DNA from: an uncultured cyanobacterium
Lineage (GTDB): Bacteria > Cyanobacteriota > Cyanobacteriia > Cyanobacteriales > Nostocaceae
Reading direction: 5' to 3'
NCBI GenBank assembly: GCA_963740315.1
Contig: CAVUDP010000002.1
Location: 3,616,001-3,680,000 of the forward strand
DNA length: 64,000 bases
The notes beneath the pieces were generated by a model. It was not told where the DNA came from. It ran no database searches and saw nothing but the letters and a program-made list of their open reading frames with translations. A program made the translations under genes and the position numbers. Shown here one piece after another: positions 10,524 through 20,979 of the stretch (positions are counted from its first letter, which is position 1; each line of letters starts with the position of its first letter).

Positions 10524-11603
10524 ATGACCCAACAAAAGCGAGCGTTGATTACTGGTATTACCGGACAAGATGGTTCTTATTTAACTGAGTATTTATTAGA
10601 ACAGGGTTATGAAGTACACGGTATTATTCGCCGTACTTCCACCTTCAATACAGACCGTATCGACCATATTTATGAAGATCCTCACAGAGAAGGAGTAAAG
10701 TTATTTCTTCATTATGGTGACTTGACTGATGGTACGACGCTACGCCGCATTCTCGAAGATGTCAAGCCTGTAGAAATCTACAACTTGGGCGCTCAATCCC
10801 ATGTACGGGTAAGCTTTGATTCACCTGAATACACGGTGGATGCTGTCGGAATGGGAACCCTACGTTTACTCGAAGCAATCCGCGACTATCAACAACGTAC
10901 TGGTATTGAAGTACGCTTCTATCAAGCTGGTTCTTCAGAAATGTACGGTTTGGTGCAAGCAGTACCGCAAAAAGAAGACACCCCATTTTATCCACGTAGC
11001 CCTTATGCTTGTGCCAAGGTTTACAGTCATTGGCAAACTATTAACTACCGCGAATCTTACAATATGTTCGCGTGTAACGGTATTTTGTTTAACCACGAAT
11101 CACCGCGTCGGGGTGAAACCTTCGTAACTCGCAAAATTACCAGAGCGGTTGCTCAGATTGTCGCTGGTAAGCAGAAGAAAATTTATATGGGTAATCTAGA
11201 CTCCAAGAGAGATTGGGGTTATGCAAAAGATTACGTTAAGGCAATGTGGTTGATGTTGCAGCAAGAACAGCCTGACGATTATGTAATTGCCACAAACGAA
11301 ACCCATTCTGTACGCGAGTTTCTGGACTTAGCATTTAAATATGTAAATCTTGATTGGCAAGAATATGTAGAGTTTGACAAGCGTTATTTACGTCCTGCGG
11401 AAGTAGACTTGTTGATTGGAGATTCGACTAAAGCTCGAACCAAGTTGGGTTGGACTCCATCGGTAACATTTGAACAACTCGTGGCTTTAATGGTAGAAGC
11501 AGATTTACAAGCTTTGGGTTTAACTTCTCCTGGTGACAATGTAGGCGAGGTAATTAAAGATAATGCGATGATTCGTCAAGAATTGGGCGCACTACATATG
11601 TAA
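10524..11603 (+). CDS. gmd: GDP-mannose 4,6-dehydratase
   Basis: [38 protein letters not shown]. Confidence 0.97.
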   Translation: MTQQKRALITGITGQDGSYLTEYLLEQGYEVHGIIRRTSTFNTDRIDHIYEDPHREGVKLFLHYGDLTDGTTLRRILEDVKPVEIYNLGAQSHVRVSFDSPEYTVDAVGMGTLRLLEAIRDYQQRTGIEVRFYQAGSSEMYGLVQAVPQKEDTPFYPRSPYACAKVYSHWQTINYRESYNMFACNGILFNHESPRRGETFVTRKITRAVAQIVAGKQKKIYMGNLDSKRDWGYAKDYVKAMWLMLQQEQPDDYVIATNETHSVREFLDLAFKYVNLDWQEYVEFDKRYLRPAEVDLLIGDSTKARTKLGWTPSVTFEQLVALMVEADLQALGLTSPGDNVGEVIKDNAMIRQELGALHM

Positions 11604-11759
11604 TTTTACGCAGGCAGCTAAATCTCTTGTTAAATTAAAGCTGATAAAACGATTGTCATTCGCGATTTGCAATTCTTAATTCGTAATTAACAAAGCGAAT
11701 TAGTAATTGCGAATTGGTTTGACGGCACGAGTTAATACTGATGAGGACGAAAAGAAAAT

Positions 11760-12716
11760 ATGAACGCCTTAGATTTAAAAAATAAAAGAATTTTAGTTAC
11801 TGGTGGCGCAGGTTTTTTAGGTCGTCAAGTAGTAGAGCAACTGATTATTGCAGGGGCAGACAGCGATAAAATTACAGTACCGCGATCGCGAGATTACGAT
11901 TTGTGCGTGATGGAAAACTGCAAGCGTGCGGTAGATGGGCAGAACATTGTAGTTCACTTAGCCGCGCACGTTGGCGGTATCGGTTTGAACCAGGAAAAAC
12001 CCGCAGAATTGTTCTACGACAACTTGATGATGGGAACCCAGTTAATTCACGCTGCTTATCAAGCTGGAGTAGAAAAATTTACTTGTGTCGGCACTATCTG
12101 CGCTTATCCCAAGTTTACTCCGGTACCATTTAAGGAAGATGACATCTGGGATGGTTATCCAGAGGAAACCAATGCACCTTACGGTATTGCTAAAAAAGCT
12201 TTATTAGTTCAGCTACAGGCTTACCGTCAGCAGTACGGTTTTGACGGAATATATTTACTACCAGTAAACTTATATGGTCCTGAAGATAACTTCAATCCTA
12301 AAAGTTCTCACGTTATCCCGGCATTAATTCGTAAAGTTCAAGAAGCCCAGGATAGAGGAGACAAAGAGATTCCCGTTTGGGGTGATGGAAGTCCTACCCG
12401 CGAATTTTTGTATTCTGAAGATGCAGCGCGGGGTATTGTGATGGGTACTCAATCTTACAATGGCTCGGAGCCAGTTAATTTAGGAACTGGTTACGAAATT
12501 TCTATTCGCGATTTAATTACTACAATTTGCGAAGTGATGGAATTTAACGGTGAAATAGTTTGGCAAACCGACAAGCCAAACGGACAACCCCGTCGCTGTT
12601 TGGATACCGAAAGAGCTAAGAAAGAATTTGGCTTCACCGCTCAAGTCGGCTTCAAAGAAGGTTTGAAAAATACTGTTAAATGGTGGCGTGAAAATGCTGC
12701 TGTACCTGTAGCGTAG
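11760..12716 (+). CDS. fcl: GDP-L-fucose synthase
   Basis: [39 protein letters not shown]; directly downstream of gmd. Confidence 0.92.
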   Translation: MNALDLKNKRILVTGGAGFLGRQVVEQLIIAGADSDKITVPRSRDYDLCVMENCKRAVDGQNIVVHLAAHVGGIGLNQEKPAELFYDNLMMGTQLIHAAYQAGVEKFTCVGTICAYPKFTPVPFKEDDIWDGYPEETNAPYGIAKKALLVQLQAYRQQYGFDGIYLLPVNLYGPEDNFNPKSSHVIPALIRKVQEAQDRGDKEIPVWGDGSPTREFLYSEDAARGIVMGTQSYNGSEPVNLGTGYEISIRDLITTICEVMEFNGEIVWQTDKPNGQPRRCLDTERAKKEFGFTAQVGFKEGLKNTVKWWRENAAVPVA

Positions 12717-12735
12717 ATATAAACCTATTATTGAT

Positions 12736-12872
12736 GTAGAGACGTAGCAGTGCTACGTCTCTTTGTATTGTGGGAAAATTTATAACTATGAATAGGGCTA
12801 ATATCAATTCATTGAATTCTCGTTACAAATCAAAACACACGGAGACGTTGCACTGTGCACGCCGTCTCTACA
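12736..12872. repeat. Two copies of a small dispersed palindrome (GTAGAGACGTAGCA-G-TGCTACGTCTCT family)
   Basis: Perfect palindrome at 12738-12762; degenerate copy at 12841-12872. Confidence 0.8.
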
Positions 12873-13006
12873 TAATTTATATGTATTGCCACAAAATAAA
12901 ATAATTTATAATCTTCCCCTTGATAAATCCACATAGATTGGGTATTCCCTGCTTTGTAAAAACCACATTTATGATAGAAATCAACAGTTTCAGCTTCTGC
13001 AACTAA

Positions 13007-13921
13007 GAGGATGTTTTAAAAGCTAAAAACGGCTAAAAAAACTATGCAAGCCGCCTAACCATTATCCGAATCATAGCGATGTATATAAAAGTTTCAGAAG
13101 TACTGGGTAATCTTTCATAATATGCCACTCAAACGACGACACCAATTGAGCCAACAATACGGTTCTTTCTACAACCCAACGTTTTGGTAGAATAACGAAA
13201 CCCTTCTTTTCTAATGGTCTGAGTACAATTTCAACAATCTACCGAAACGTATCCATCACCCAGCGCATAAACTCTTCTCCTCGGTATCCTCCATCCATCC
13301 AAATCGTATGCAAGCGATTTATGCGATCGCCACCCATACGCCGGACTTTTTTGAGAACTTTTTTTGCTCCAACACGCTCTGGAACTGAAGCAGACGTAAC
13401 TAAAACCCGCAAAACTAAACCGAGTAAATCTACGCTCAGATGTCGTTTACGCCCATGTACTTGTTTTCCAGCATCATAACCAACTTCTTCAGATATCATG
13501 GTTGCTGTTTCTACAGATTGACTGTCAACTGCGGCTTCTGATGGACTTGGCTCACGTTCGGCAGCTACCCTTACCCACACGCATACGTTTGTCATGTACC
13601 TTTAGCCAAGTGCCGTCTTTCTGCCATCGCCAGAAATATCCGTAAACTGTTGACCATGCCGGGAAATCTCCGGGTAATGCTCGCCATGTACACCCCTGAC
13701 AAAGTACATAAAGAATCGCATTAAGCACAGCATAAATTGATACTTTTCTTGGACGACCGCCTGGTTTTGATTCTGGAAACAGGTCTACAATCAATTCCCA
13801 CTGTTCCCATGTTAAGTTACTAGGATATATTTTATTCATTGCTCGCAAGTACTGATGTCTTCAATTTCAGCTTAAACTTGTGAGCTTTCTTACGATACCC
13901 CCCTACTTTTAAAACATCCTC
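13007..13921 (-). mobile_element. IS5-family (IS1031-like) insertion sequence, 915 bp
   Basis: Perfect 16-bp TIR GAGGATGTTTTAAAAG (13007-13022 and 13906-13921); TAA target duplication (13004-13006 and 13922-13924). Confidence 0.95.
13042..13839 (-). pseudogene. IS5-family transposase, inactivated
   Basis: YPSNLT, GCTWRALPGDFP, GYDAGKQVHGRKRH, WMDGGY, PKRWVVERT, YERLP...IAMIRIMVRRLA are spread over several frames; TAG at 13239-13241 where Trp is expected. Confidence 0.9.
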
Positions 13922-14322
13922 TAATATCTGTTGGTGAAAATCTTGATATTTTTGAGTAATTATTTTTAATAAGTTTAAACCGATGCCTTGTTTTTGATAT
14001 TTCGGTAAAACTAACAAATGTGGATAATAAACGACTAAATAACCGTCAGTAATTGAATTTATTAAACCTACTAATTTCTCTTTATCCCAAGCTGATACGA
14101 GTGAATGGGAATTCATCAAAGCATTGTATAATTCTTTCGGTTTCTTCGCTGACGACCATTCGTTAGCTCTATAAAGATTTAAAATATCATCGATAGATAA
14201 ATTGCGCGTTTGTATATATTCGATATCATTTTGATTCATGAATTTGACCAATCTTTGAGTTATAAAAATTAAAATTATAAATTCAGTTACTATATAAAAG
14301 CTTTCTTCAACTCGATCGAATT

Positions 14323-14949
14323 GTGAATCTAAGCGAGCATCTATCGGCAAAAGCAGAATTACGACGCAATATTATCAAACAGCGTCAATCTTTATCAGAT
14401 CAAGAATGGCGGCAAAAAAGTCAAGCTATCTGTACAAATCTTTTAAATTCAAGTTTATTTACCACAGCTAAAACAGTACTTGCTTATTTTAGCTTTCGGC
14501 AAGAACCCGATTTGAGTTATTTGTTTTCGGATTTACGCAGCGAGGAGATCCCCCCAACCCCCCTTAAGGAAGGGGGGCTTTTATTCTCAGATAATACAAA
14601 ATCATGGGGATTTCCTCGCTGCGTTGAGAAATCCCTAGTCTGGCATCTTTGGAAACCTGAAGATAAATTAATCAATGGCAAATACGGGATTAAGGAACCA
14701 ACACCCGATTCACCAATAATTAATCCCCATCAAGTCGATCTAATTTTGGTTCCTTGCGTTGCTTGCGATTATCAAGGCTATCGTTTGGGTTACGGTGGCG
14801 GATATTATGACCGTTTGTTAAGTTCTCCAGAATGGGAATCAATTCCAACAATCGGTATTGTGTTTAATTTTGGTTATTTATCTCAAATTCCTGTAGACGC
14901 TTGGGATAAAAAATTGGATCGGGTTTGCACGGAGAGCTTAAACGGATAA
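14323..14949 (+). CDS. ygfA: 5-formyltetrahydrofolate cyclo-ligase
   Basis: KAELRR N-terminus, DLILVP, GYRLGYGGGYYDR; carries an in-frame repeat insertion at 14545-14579. Confidence 0.9.
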   Translation: MNLSEHLSAKAELRRNIIKQRQSLSDQEWRQKSQAICTNLLNSSLFTTAKTVLAYFSFRQEPDLSYLFSDLRSEEIPPTPLKEGGLLFSDNTKSWGFPRCVEKSLVWHLWKPEDKLINGKYGIKEPTPDSPIINPHQVDLILVPCVACDYQGYRLGYGGGYYDRLLSSPEWESIPTIGIVFNFGYLSQIPVDAWDKKLDRVCTESLNG

Positions 14950-15182
14950 ATATGGATAAAAATGGCGATCGCAATTTATCCGAACATAATCCCGAACATA
15001 ATATCACCCCCACTACTTCCGAATAATTAAGAAGATAGTGGGGGTTTAATTGAGTAAAATATAGGGAATTGGTATAAACCCAATTGTTTTTAGGTTTTGA
15101 TGCCTATTTATTTCTTTAATATAAATTCTATTTTTTTAGCACTAAGGGCAAAAATAAAAGCAACTATCAATTGATAATTGCC

Positions 15183-15884
15183 CTAACAAGCACCAGTTTT
15201 ATTAAGTACTACCCGAATAGTTTTAAATATTAGAAATAAATCGTAAGATATAGACCACTTTCGCTGATAGTCTAAATCCATTTTGACTATATCTTCAAAA
15301 TCTTTGATGCTCGAACGCCCATTAGCCTGCCATTCTCCGGTAATTCCGGGTTTGACTCGCAATCTTTCCCAATGGTGCGGTTGATATTTTACTACTTCAT
15401 CAGGAGTAGGTGGACGAGTTCCAACTAAACTCATTTCTCCTTTAAGTACGTTCCAAAACTGAGGAAATTCATCTAAACTAGTACGGCGCAAAAATTTACC
15501 GATGCGCGTAATACGGGGATCTTCTGTACATTTAAATATATGACCTGTTGCTTCGTTTTTGACTAAATGCTTGAGTAGATCGGCATTAATAATCATCGAG
15601 CGAAATTTCCAGATGCGAAAGGTGTTTCCGTTATAGCCACAGCGAGTCTGGCTGTAAAATATCGGACCGGGATTATCTATTAAAGTTATAATCGCTACCG
15701 GAATCGCGATCGCAGCAGTTATCATCAATCCGATAATTGCCCCTACTATATCGATCGATCTTTTAACGATACTTTTTTGGGAAGGATGAGACTGGTAACT
15801 TACACTCCAAGACTCAGGCGGACTTAGCAAAACTAAGTCTTTTTTCTTAGTACTTTTCGGTGGAGGAGTAATATTTAAAATCAT
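15183..15884 (-). CDS. Sugar transferase (phosphoglycosyl transferase)
   Basis: KRSIDI, KFRSM, DPRITRIG, TSLDEFPQFWNVLKGEMSLVGTRP. Confidence 0.9.
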   Translation of the reverse strand: MILNITPPPKSTKKKDLVLLSPPESWSVSYQSHPSQKSIVKRSIDIVGAIIGLMITAAIAIPVAIITLIDNPGPIFYSQTRCGYNGNTFRIWKFRSMIINADLLKHLVKNEATGHIFKCTEDPRITRIGKFLRRTSLDEFPQFWNVLKGEMSLVGTRPPTPDEVVKYQPHHWERLRVKPGITGEWQANGRSSIKDFEDIVKMDLDYQRKWSISYDLFLIFKTIRVVLNKTGAC

Positions 15885-16044
15885 TTCTACGGAAAATTAC
15901 ATAATTTAGACTGTTGTAAGTGCTAATATAGACATTTTTTTTGCGTAGGTGTAACTAAAAATCCAAAATTTACACAATCTTCTAACACACTCGACTATTT
16001 TAAAATTTGTATTTTTTTTATAAAAAGTGTAAATATTTATGCAA

Positions 16045-16322
16045 ATGGGGATTGGGGATTGGGCATGGGGAATTGGGGATTGGGGATTGGGGATTGGGCA
16101 TCGGCAAATAAGATTAAGTAGTGCGTTAGCCGCACAGTAAGGTGAACGCGTAGCGTGTCCTCTTAGGACAGCATCTTGCTCGCTGGTCATATAGATAGCG
16201 AGCATCTTGCTCGCACTACTAACTTCTCTCCCCATCTCCCCCGAACCCCATCACCCCATCTCCCCCGAACCCCATCCCCCCATCTCCCCATCACCCCATC
16301 CCCCCATTCCCATCACCCCATC
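16045..16322. repeat. STRR blocks (GGGGATT)n and (CCCCATCW)n around a nest of small palindromic repeats
   Basis: Read directly; nested palindromes at 16118-16219. Confidence 0.8.
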
Positions 16323-19300
16323 TCAGCAACTCCAACGGCGAAATTAACGGTATAGGGTTCTTCTAGGGACTGATGGGCGCTGGCTTTGATTGCGTCAAGG
16401 TAATTGCGTAAATGCTGCAATTGTCGCAGGTTGGGGCGATAGGATAGACTTCCTTGTTTATCAAATAATGGCGATGCGCCGATCGCTTTGTAGTTGGAGT
16501 TTTCTACGGAGCTTTGGTTAAGCCACTCCATATCTCGATCGCTCGGTACTAAACCTGGTGGTATTTCACCTTCTAGGAAGGCTAATAAACGTTGCTGACA
16601 GGTGCGGGTGTTGATACCGCGTGCTTCAAATAGTTGGATGACTTCACCGAAGGATAAGGCTTTTTCTGGTATTAGTCGCAGTAATTCGGTAAATAAGAAG
16701 TAGTCGGTGTATTGCTGTCTGGGTATTTCTAATACAAGGGGATGTAGTGGTAACACGCATAATCCGGTTGCGACGCGAGAGCAGGCGGGAGTGCCGTTTT
16801 CACCGAGATATTTTTCTTGAATAATTTTGGCGCTGGGAAGTTTTTGGCGCAACCAACGGCTAATTGCGGTTATGGATGAAACACCACCGCTAAGAATAAT
16901 TTGATTGATGGCTTCTGTAGGTATACCGCGTGCTACTAATAGTTTATTTAGTTCGCGGTTGATACGACGGACAAAGGGCACAAATACCTGGCTTTCTAAG
17001 TCTCGCCGCTGCAATTCCCATCTTTGATCCGCTAGTTCAATGGTAAAAGATTCTTGGTGCTGCAAAATTAATTTGAGCGCGATCGCCGCATCTAATAGTG
17101 CTTTACCCAATGGTGAACTTTCGAGTCTCTGCTGTAAGCGAATGCGTTGACTGATGTCGGGTTCACCAGCACGAGGTAGTTCTAATTGTTCTAAGCCTAA
17201 GCTGGAAAAACGTACTTGTTCTAAGCCGGGAATATTGGGTTTCCAATGTAAGGGGTTATTTTCGTTGTCGCGATCGTCGGATTGGATGCTGCGCGATTTT
17301 CGCCATTTTTCTGGTAGCAGTAATTGAGTAATGATATCTTGTTCCATTGCTTTTCCGCCGCAGGTAAAGCCGTGGAGCATAAATTCATTGTGTGATAAAT
17401 CTTGCAAGTCTTCAGGTAAATCTACCAGTGCCATTTCTGTGGTGCTGGCTCCGATGTTTATGACTAAGGTGTTACCGAGGAGATGACTATCGCTGGTGAC
17501 AACGGGAGGAGTTTTTTCGCTTGAGACTAGTTTGACTATTTCGCCGTTAGCGCCTTCAAGTTCCCCAATTAAGCTGGCTATGGCTTCTTCGACAAAAAAG
17601 ACTTGCTGGGAATGTTCTACTAATTTACTGATGAGTAATGATTCTCGAATATTAAAGCGATATTGTTCCGTCCAGTTGGAAGGGCAAGTACAAATTACAC
17701 CAGCAATGTTATTAATGATGTCGCTAAATTGTTCTTTATGGATACCGATCGCACTGGCGGTTAATCCGAGAGTGGTGCTATTGGAGTCGGATTTTAAAGT
17801 CAATAGCAACTTTGAAAGGGAGCGTAAAATCCATACCAAGGGAACTGTAGAAAATTCGTTGAGTTGCAGTATTGGTTCCCATTTTTGGCGTACTTCGCTG
17901 GAAGTTGTTTGCGAAATGTTTTTGTAAGGAAGGGAAATTTGTAAATACGGTTTTAGATATGTTGAATAGATATTTTGTTCGGCAAGTTTTTCGCTGGTAT
18001 CTTGACTTAAGGAGGTTTTGGGAAGATAAACTTCGGCTGGTAAGCGGAAATTCCAGTTTTGAGGCGCTGATGAGGATTGGTTTTCCTGCGCCCAATAAAT
18101 TGGATGAATTTGTTGGTTAGAACGATTTAATAATGCAGCGGAAATCCCGGTTGTTCCTAAATCTAGTCCTAAATACCAAACTGTATCGCTAGGGTTTAAA
18201 GAAGGAACTTCGGTACTAGTTATTGGCGTATCTTGTGAGGATTCTTCCTCTGGAGTACCAATAGTTTCTTCGGTTTTTGTAAGTGGTTCTAAATCCGCAT
18301 CTAAATTTCGATCTGGTTGGGGAAGATTTGGTTGATTTTTAGAAGTGATGGGAAGGGTAATTTCTTTTAACTGCGGTTTTTCAGTTGTAATAACTGGTGG
18401 CTGCTCAATTGGTTGCTTTGTTTCTGGCGTTGCGATCGCTTCTGTATTTTCTCTTTGAGTTGATTTTTCTTCCTCTTGCTGTTGAATCGCTGGAGCAATT
18501 TCTTTTGATTCTAAATCGGGTGTCGGTGTAACAATTAGGGGCGATGCTTCTTCAAATAAAAGTTCTGTTAGGGAAGTAACTGTATCTTCACTTGCAGCTT
18601 GTATTTTCCGTTTATAGGTTTTAACGGGGTTTTGATTTGATTGGGGTGTATTTTGAGCTAAACCTTTACCACCATTTAACCAAGGATCTCCTACTGGTAC
18701 ATCTTCGGTAGGAAGAGTTTCATCGGTGGATGATGGTGCATATTCAAAAACTACTTCCTGAGAAACAACTTCTTTTTCTGTTTGCGTCTCTTGTGCTGGT
18801 GCAAAATCTGATGTGGCAGGAATTTCGACATCGATCGCTTGAGTTAAAAGTTGTTGGGGAGGCGTTTGGGGATTGGAGGTAGTTGAATTATCGCTATCGA
18901 ATAAGCTAGCGTAAAGTTCATCAACTTCGTCTTCATTGGCGCTTTGTGTCGTATCTGCCGATTTTTTCAACTCAGACAATACTGCCTGCATTTTATCGTC
19001 CGAATCAAAAGCATCAGCTTCTTGAACTATTTCTTCTTCAATTATTTCTTCTTCAATTATTTCTTCTTCGATTATTTCTGATTGTTCCTCTTCTGGGAAT
19101 TCTATTTCTAAGAAACCTTCCTGCTCCAATTCTCGATCTGATTCATTTTCAGTGTCTGCTTCTAGTTGAGAAATAACTGTTTCCAAATCGGATGTAATAG
19201 AAGTATCTTCAGTTTCCTCTTGAGCTTGAGAGAATTCAATATTATCAATAGTTTCGTCGGGGGTAACTTCTAATTTTTCGTTAATATCTTGGTTAAATCC

Positions 19301-20335
19301 AACATCAACACTTTCAAAATCGTTTTCTGGTTGATTATGTGTTTCAACTGACCGATCATCAACACGTTCAAAATCGTTTTCTGATTGATTGTGTGTTTCA
19401 ACTGGCTGATCATCAACACTTTCAAAATCTTTTTCTGATTGATTGTGTGTTTCAACATCAACACTTTCAAAATCTTTTTCTGATTGATTGTGTGTTTCAA
19501 CTGAATCAATACTTGAAGAATCAATAGTTTTTACTGTTATTTCATCAGTCGAAGGATTTATATCTTTTGTATAAACTTGAGAAGGTGAGAGATTAGCAAC
19601 ATTTTTGATAAAACCTTCGAGTAACTGTTCTCCTTGCACTCCCTTGTAATGCATTCTTGCTAATGCTTGGGATAAGGAATCGTGATAAGCGTGAATATTG
19701 CGCTGTAGTGCTTCAAAAACAACATTTACCGTACCATCTAAAGCTACCAAACGTTGGTCTAAATCAGTTGTCAATTGTGTTAAACGTTCTACCCGTACTG
19801 ACTCGACTCGATTACCAGGAGGGAGAGCTTTTTGAACATTAACGTTAGTATCACCACCAATATCCGCATCACCCGCGATCGCAATATCATCTGACAAGCG
19901 ATTTTTTAGCACCTCCATAAATTCGGAAATTACTTTCTCTTGCGTTGACAACTGCTGCGTTAGAGAATAATTATGCAGTCGCTTTTTTTCCAGCTCCCGA
20001 ATTTCACTTACCAAATTCGCCCTTTCTTCAAACAGCATTTTCAATTCTGCTTTGAGTGGCTGTATTAACTCAGAAAGCGGATTGTCAGACGATTGTGGTT
20101 TTTGTAAGGATGAATCCTGTCCTCCTTCGATGAATTTTGCTACTAAAGGCGGTAATTGTGCTTGCGTTGAATTACCGCTTTCTGTTTCGCTAACAAGGAA
20201 ATCCCGAATACGCTGTAAAACCTGACGCGGTTCCTCTTGAGAAGAAACAACCCCCCACAAACGCTTACCTTTGTGAGTGAGTAATTTGTCAATGTCTGCA
20301 ATCATGCTTTGGATTTGATTTGCGCGGGAAGTCAC
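16313..20335 (-). CDS. Large hypothetical protein: N-terminal coiled coil, acidic repetitive linker, C-terminal Hsp70/actin-like ATPase fold
   Basis: 1340-aa ORF; WYLGLDLGTT, VINIGASTTE and ILSGG motifs of the ASKHA fold. Confidence 0.75.
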   Translation of the reverse strand: MTSRANQIQSMIADIDKLLTHKGKRLWGVVSSQEEPRQVLQRIRDFLVSETESGNSTQAQLPPLVAKFIEGGQDSSLQKPQSSDNPLSELIQPLKAELKMLFEERANLVSEIRELEKKRLHNYSLTQQLSTQEKVISEFMEVLKNRLSDDIAIAGDADIGGDTNVNVQKALPPGNRVESVRVERLTQLTTDLDQRLVALDGTVNVVFEALQRNIHAYHDSLSQALARMHYKGVQGEQLLEGFIKNVANLSPSQVYTKDINPSTDEITVKTIDSSSIDSVETHNQSEKDFESVDVETHNQSEKDFESVDDQPVETHNQSENDFERVDDRSVETHNQPENDFESVDVGFNQDINEKLEVTPDETIDNIEFSQAQEETEDTSITSDLETVISQLEADTENESDRELEQEGFLEIEFPEEEQSEIIEEEIIEEEIIEEEIVQEADAFDSDDKMQAVLSELKKSADTTQSANEDEVDELYASLFDSDNSTTSNPQTPPQQLLTQAIDVEIPATSDFAPAQETQTEKEVVSQEVVFEYAPSSTDETLPTEDVPVGDPWLNGGKGLAQNTPQSNQNPVKTYKRKIQAASEDTVTSLTELLFEEASPLIVTPTPDLESKEIAPAIQQQEEEKSTQRENTEAIATPETKQPIEQPPVITTEKPQLKEITLPITSKNQPNLPQPDRNLDADLEPLTKTEETIGTPEEESSQDTPITSTEVPSLNPSDTVWYLGLDLGTTGISAALLNRSNQQIHPIYWAQENQSSSAPQNWNFRLPAEVYLPKTSLSQDTSEKLAEQNIYSTYLKPYLQISLPYKNISQTTSSEVRQKWEPILQLNEFSTVPLVWILRSLSKLLLTLKSDSNSTTLGLTASAIGIHKEQFSDIINNIAGVICTCPSNWTEQYRFNIRESLLISKLVEHSQQVFFVEEAIASLIGELEGANGEIVKLVSSEKTPPVVTSDSHLLGNTLVINIGASTTEMALVDLPEDLQDLSHNEFMLHGFTCGGKAMEQDIITQLLLPEKWRKSRSIQSDDRDNENNPLHWKPNIPGLEQVRFSSLGLEQLELPRAGEPDISQRIRLQQRLESSPLGKALLDAAIALKLILQHQESFTIELADQRWELQRRDLESQVFVPFVRRINRELNKLLVARGIPTEAINQIILSGGVSSITAISRWLRQKLPSAKIIQEKYLGENGTPACSRVATGLCVLPLHPLVLEIPRQQYTDYFLFTELLRLIPEKALSFGEVIQLFEARGINTRTCQQRLLAFLEGEIPPGLVPSDRDMEWLNQSSVENSNYKAIGASPLFDKQGSLSYRPNLRQLQHLRNYLDAIKASAHQSLEEPYTVNFAVGVAEMG

Positions 20336-20979
20336 GTTAGTTTTCCTTATTGTGAACTTTACGGGGGTAATGGCGATGCAGTTAATTTACAACTACTAGC
20401 CTTCGGTTATCTATCAGTTAAGCTGTCTTGCAATTATTGTCAAGACAAAAATACGAAGATGGTAATTTTGCGAAAATGTAGAAAATTGGCGGAGCAGACG
20501 CACGCTGGGAATATTGGATTTGAGATTTAGATTTAGATTTAGATTTTGAATTCAAATTATAAATTGTATCTTTTAGTATTGGATTTGGGGCAAATCCAAT
20601 CGAAACTGAATTTAAAATACTCTGAGGATAAATAAGGGCTGAAAATAATCTCAAGCAAAAGATTAGCAAAAATTAGCTGACTTGAGTATTATTAGTGTTG
20701 TTTGTATTTAACAAAAATTTTGTAGCTTTGCACTGCTGCTAATTCCTGATTAATATAATTTAACGCTACGCAGGGCGGCTAATGGTAAAATTTGTACTTA
20801 GTTTAAACCCGTAAATAGGTTCTCTACAACGCCCCCCGAAAACTGCTTACTTTCACTTTAACGGTGTAACATAGCCATCGTTTTGTTATATTTCCGCTCG
20901 ACTGTGCTTTGATAGTTTGAGCCACTAATTCGTAGCGCAGGAAGGTAATTTGTATTACACCAAAAATCAAAATGTCCCA

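Larger units (their letters stand above)
12830..14239 (-). pseudogene. GNAT acetyltransferase interrupted by an IS5-family element
   Basis: 5' part MNQNDIEY...VLPKYQKQGIG...DFHQQIL (14239-13922) continues in frame after the IS as VAEAETVDFYHKCGFYKAGNTQSMWIYQG (13003 downward). Confidence 0.9.

Noticed and set aside
13239..13848. Programmed frameshift joining the two transposase ORFs
   Set aside because: No slippery A-run at the junction, and an additional nonsense codon and frameshifts indicate decay
13832..14350. Intact 172-aa GNAT ORF as in the track
   Set aside because: Its C-terminus (EDVLKVGG...) is IS sequence and its first 37 aa are upstream read-through; the real tail lies beyond the IS
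15906..16235. 109-aa ORF (likewise 43705-43965 and 20418-20669)
   Set aside because: Translations of tandem repeats (PIPNPQSP, SPSPHLP, SKSKSK)
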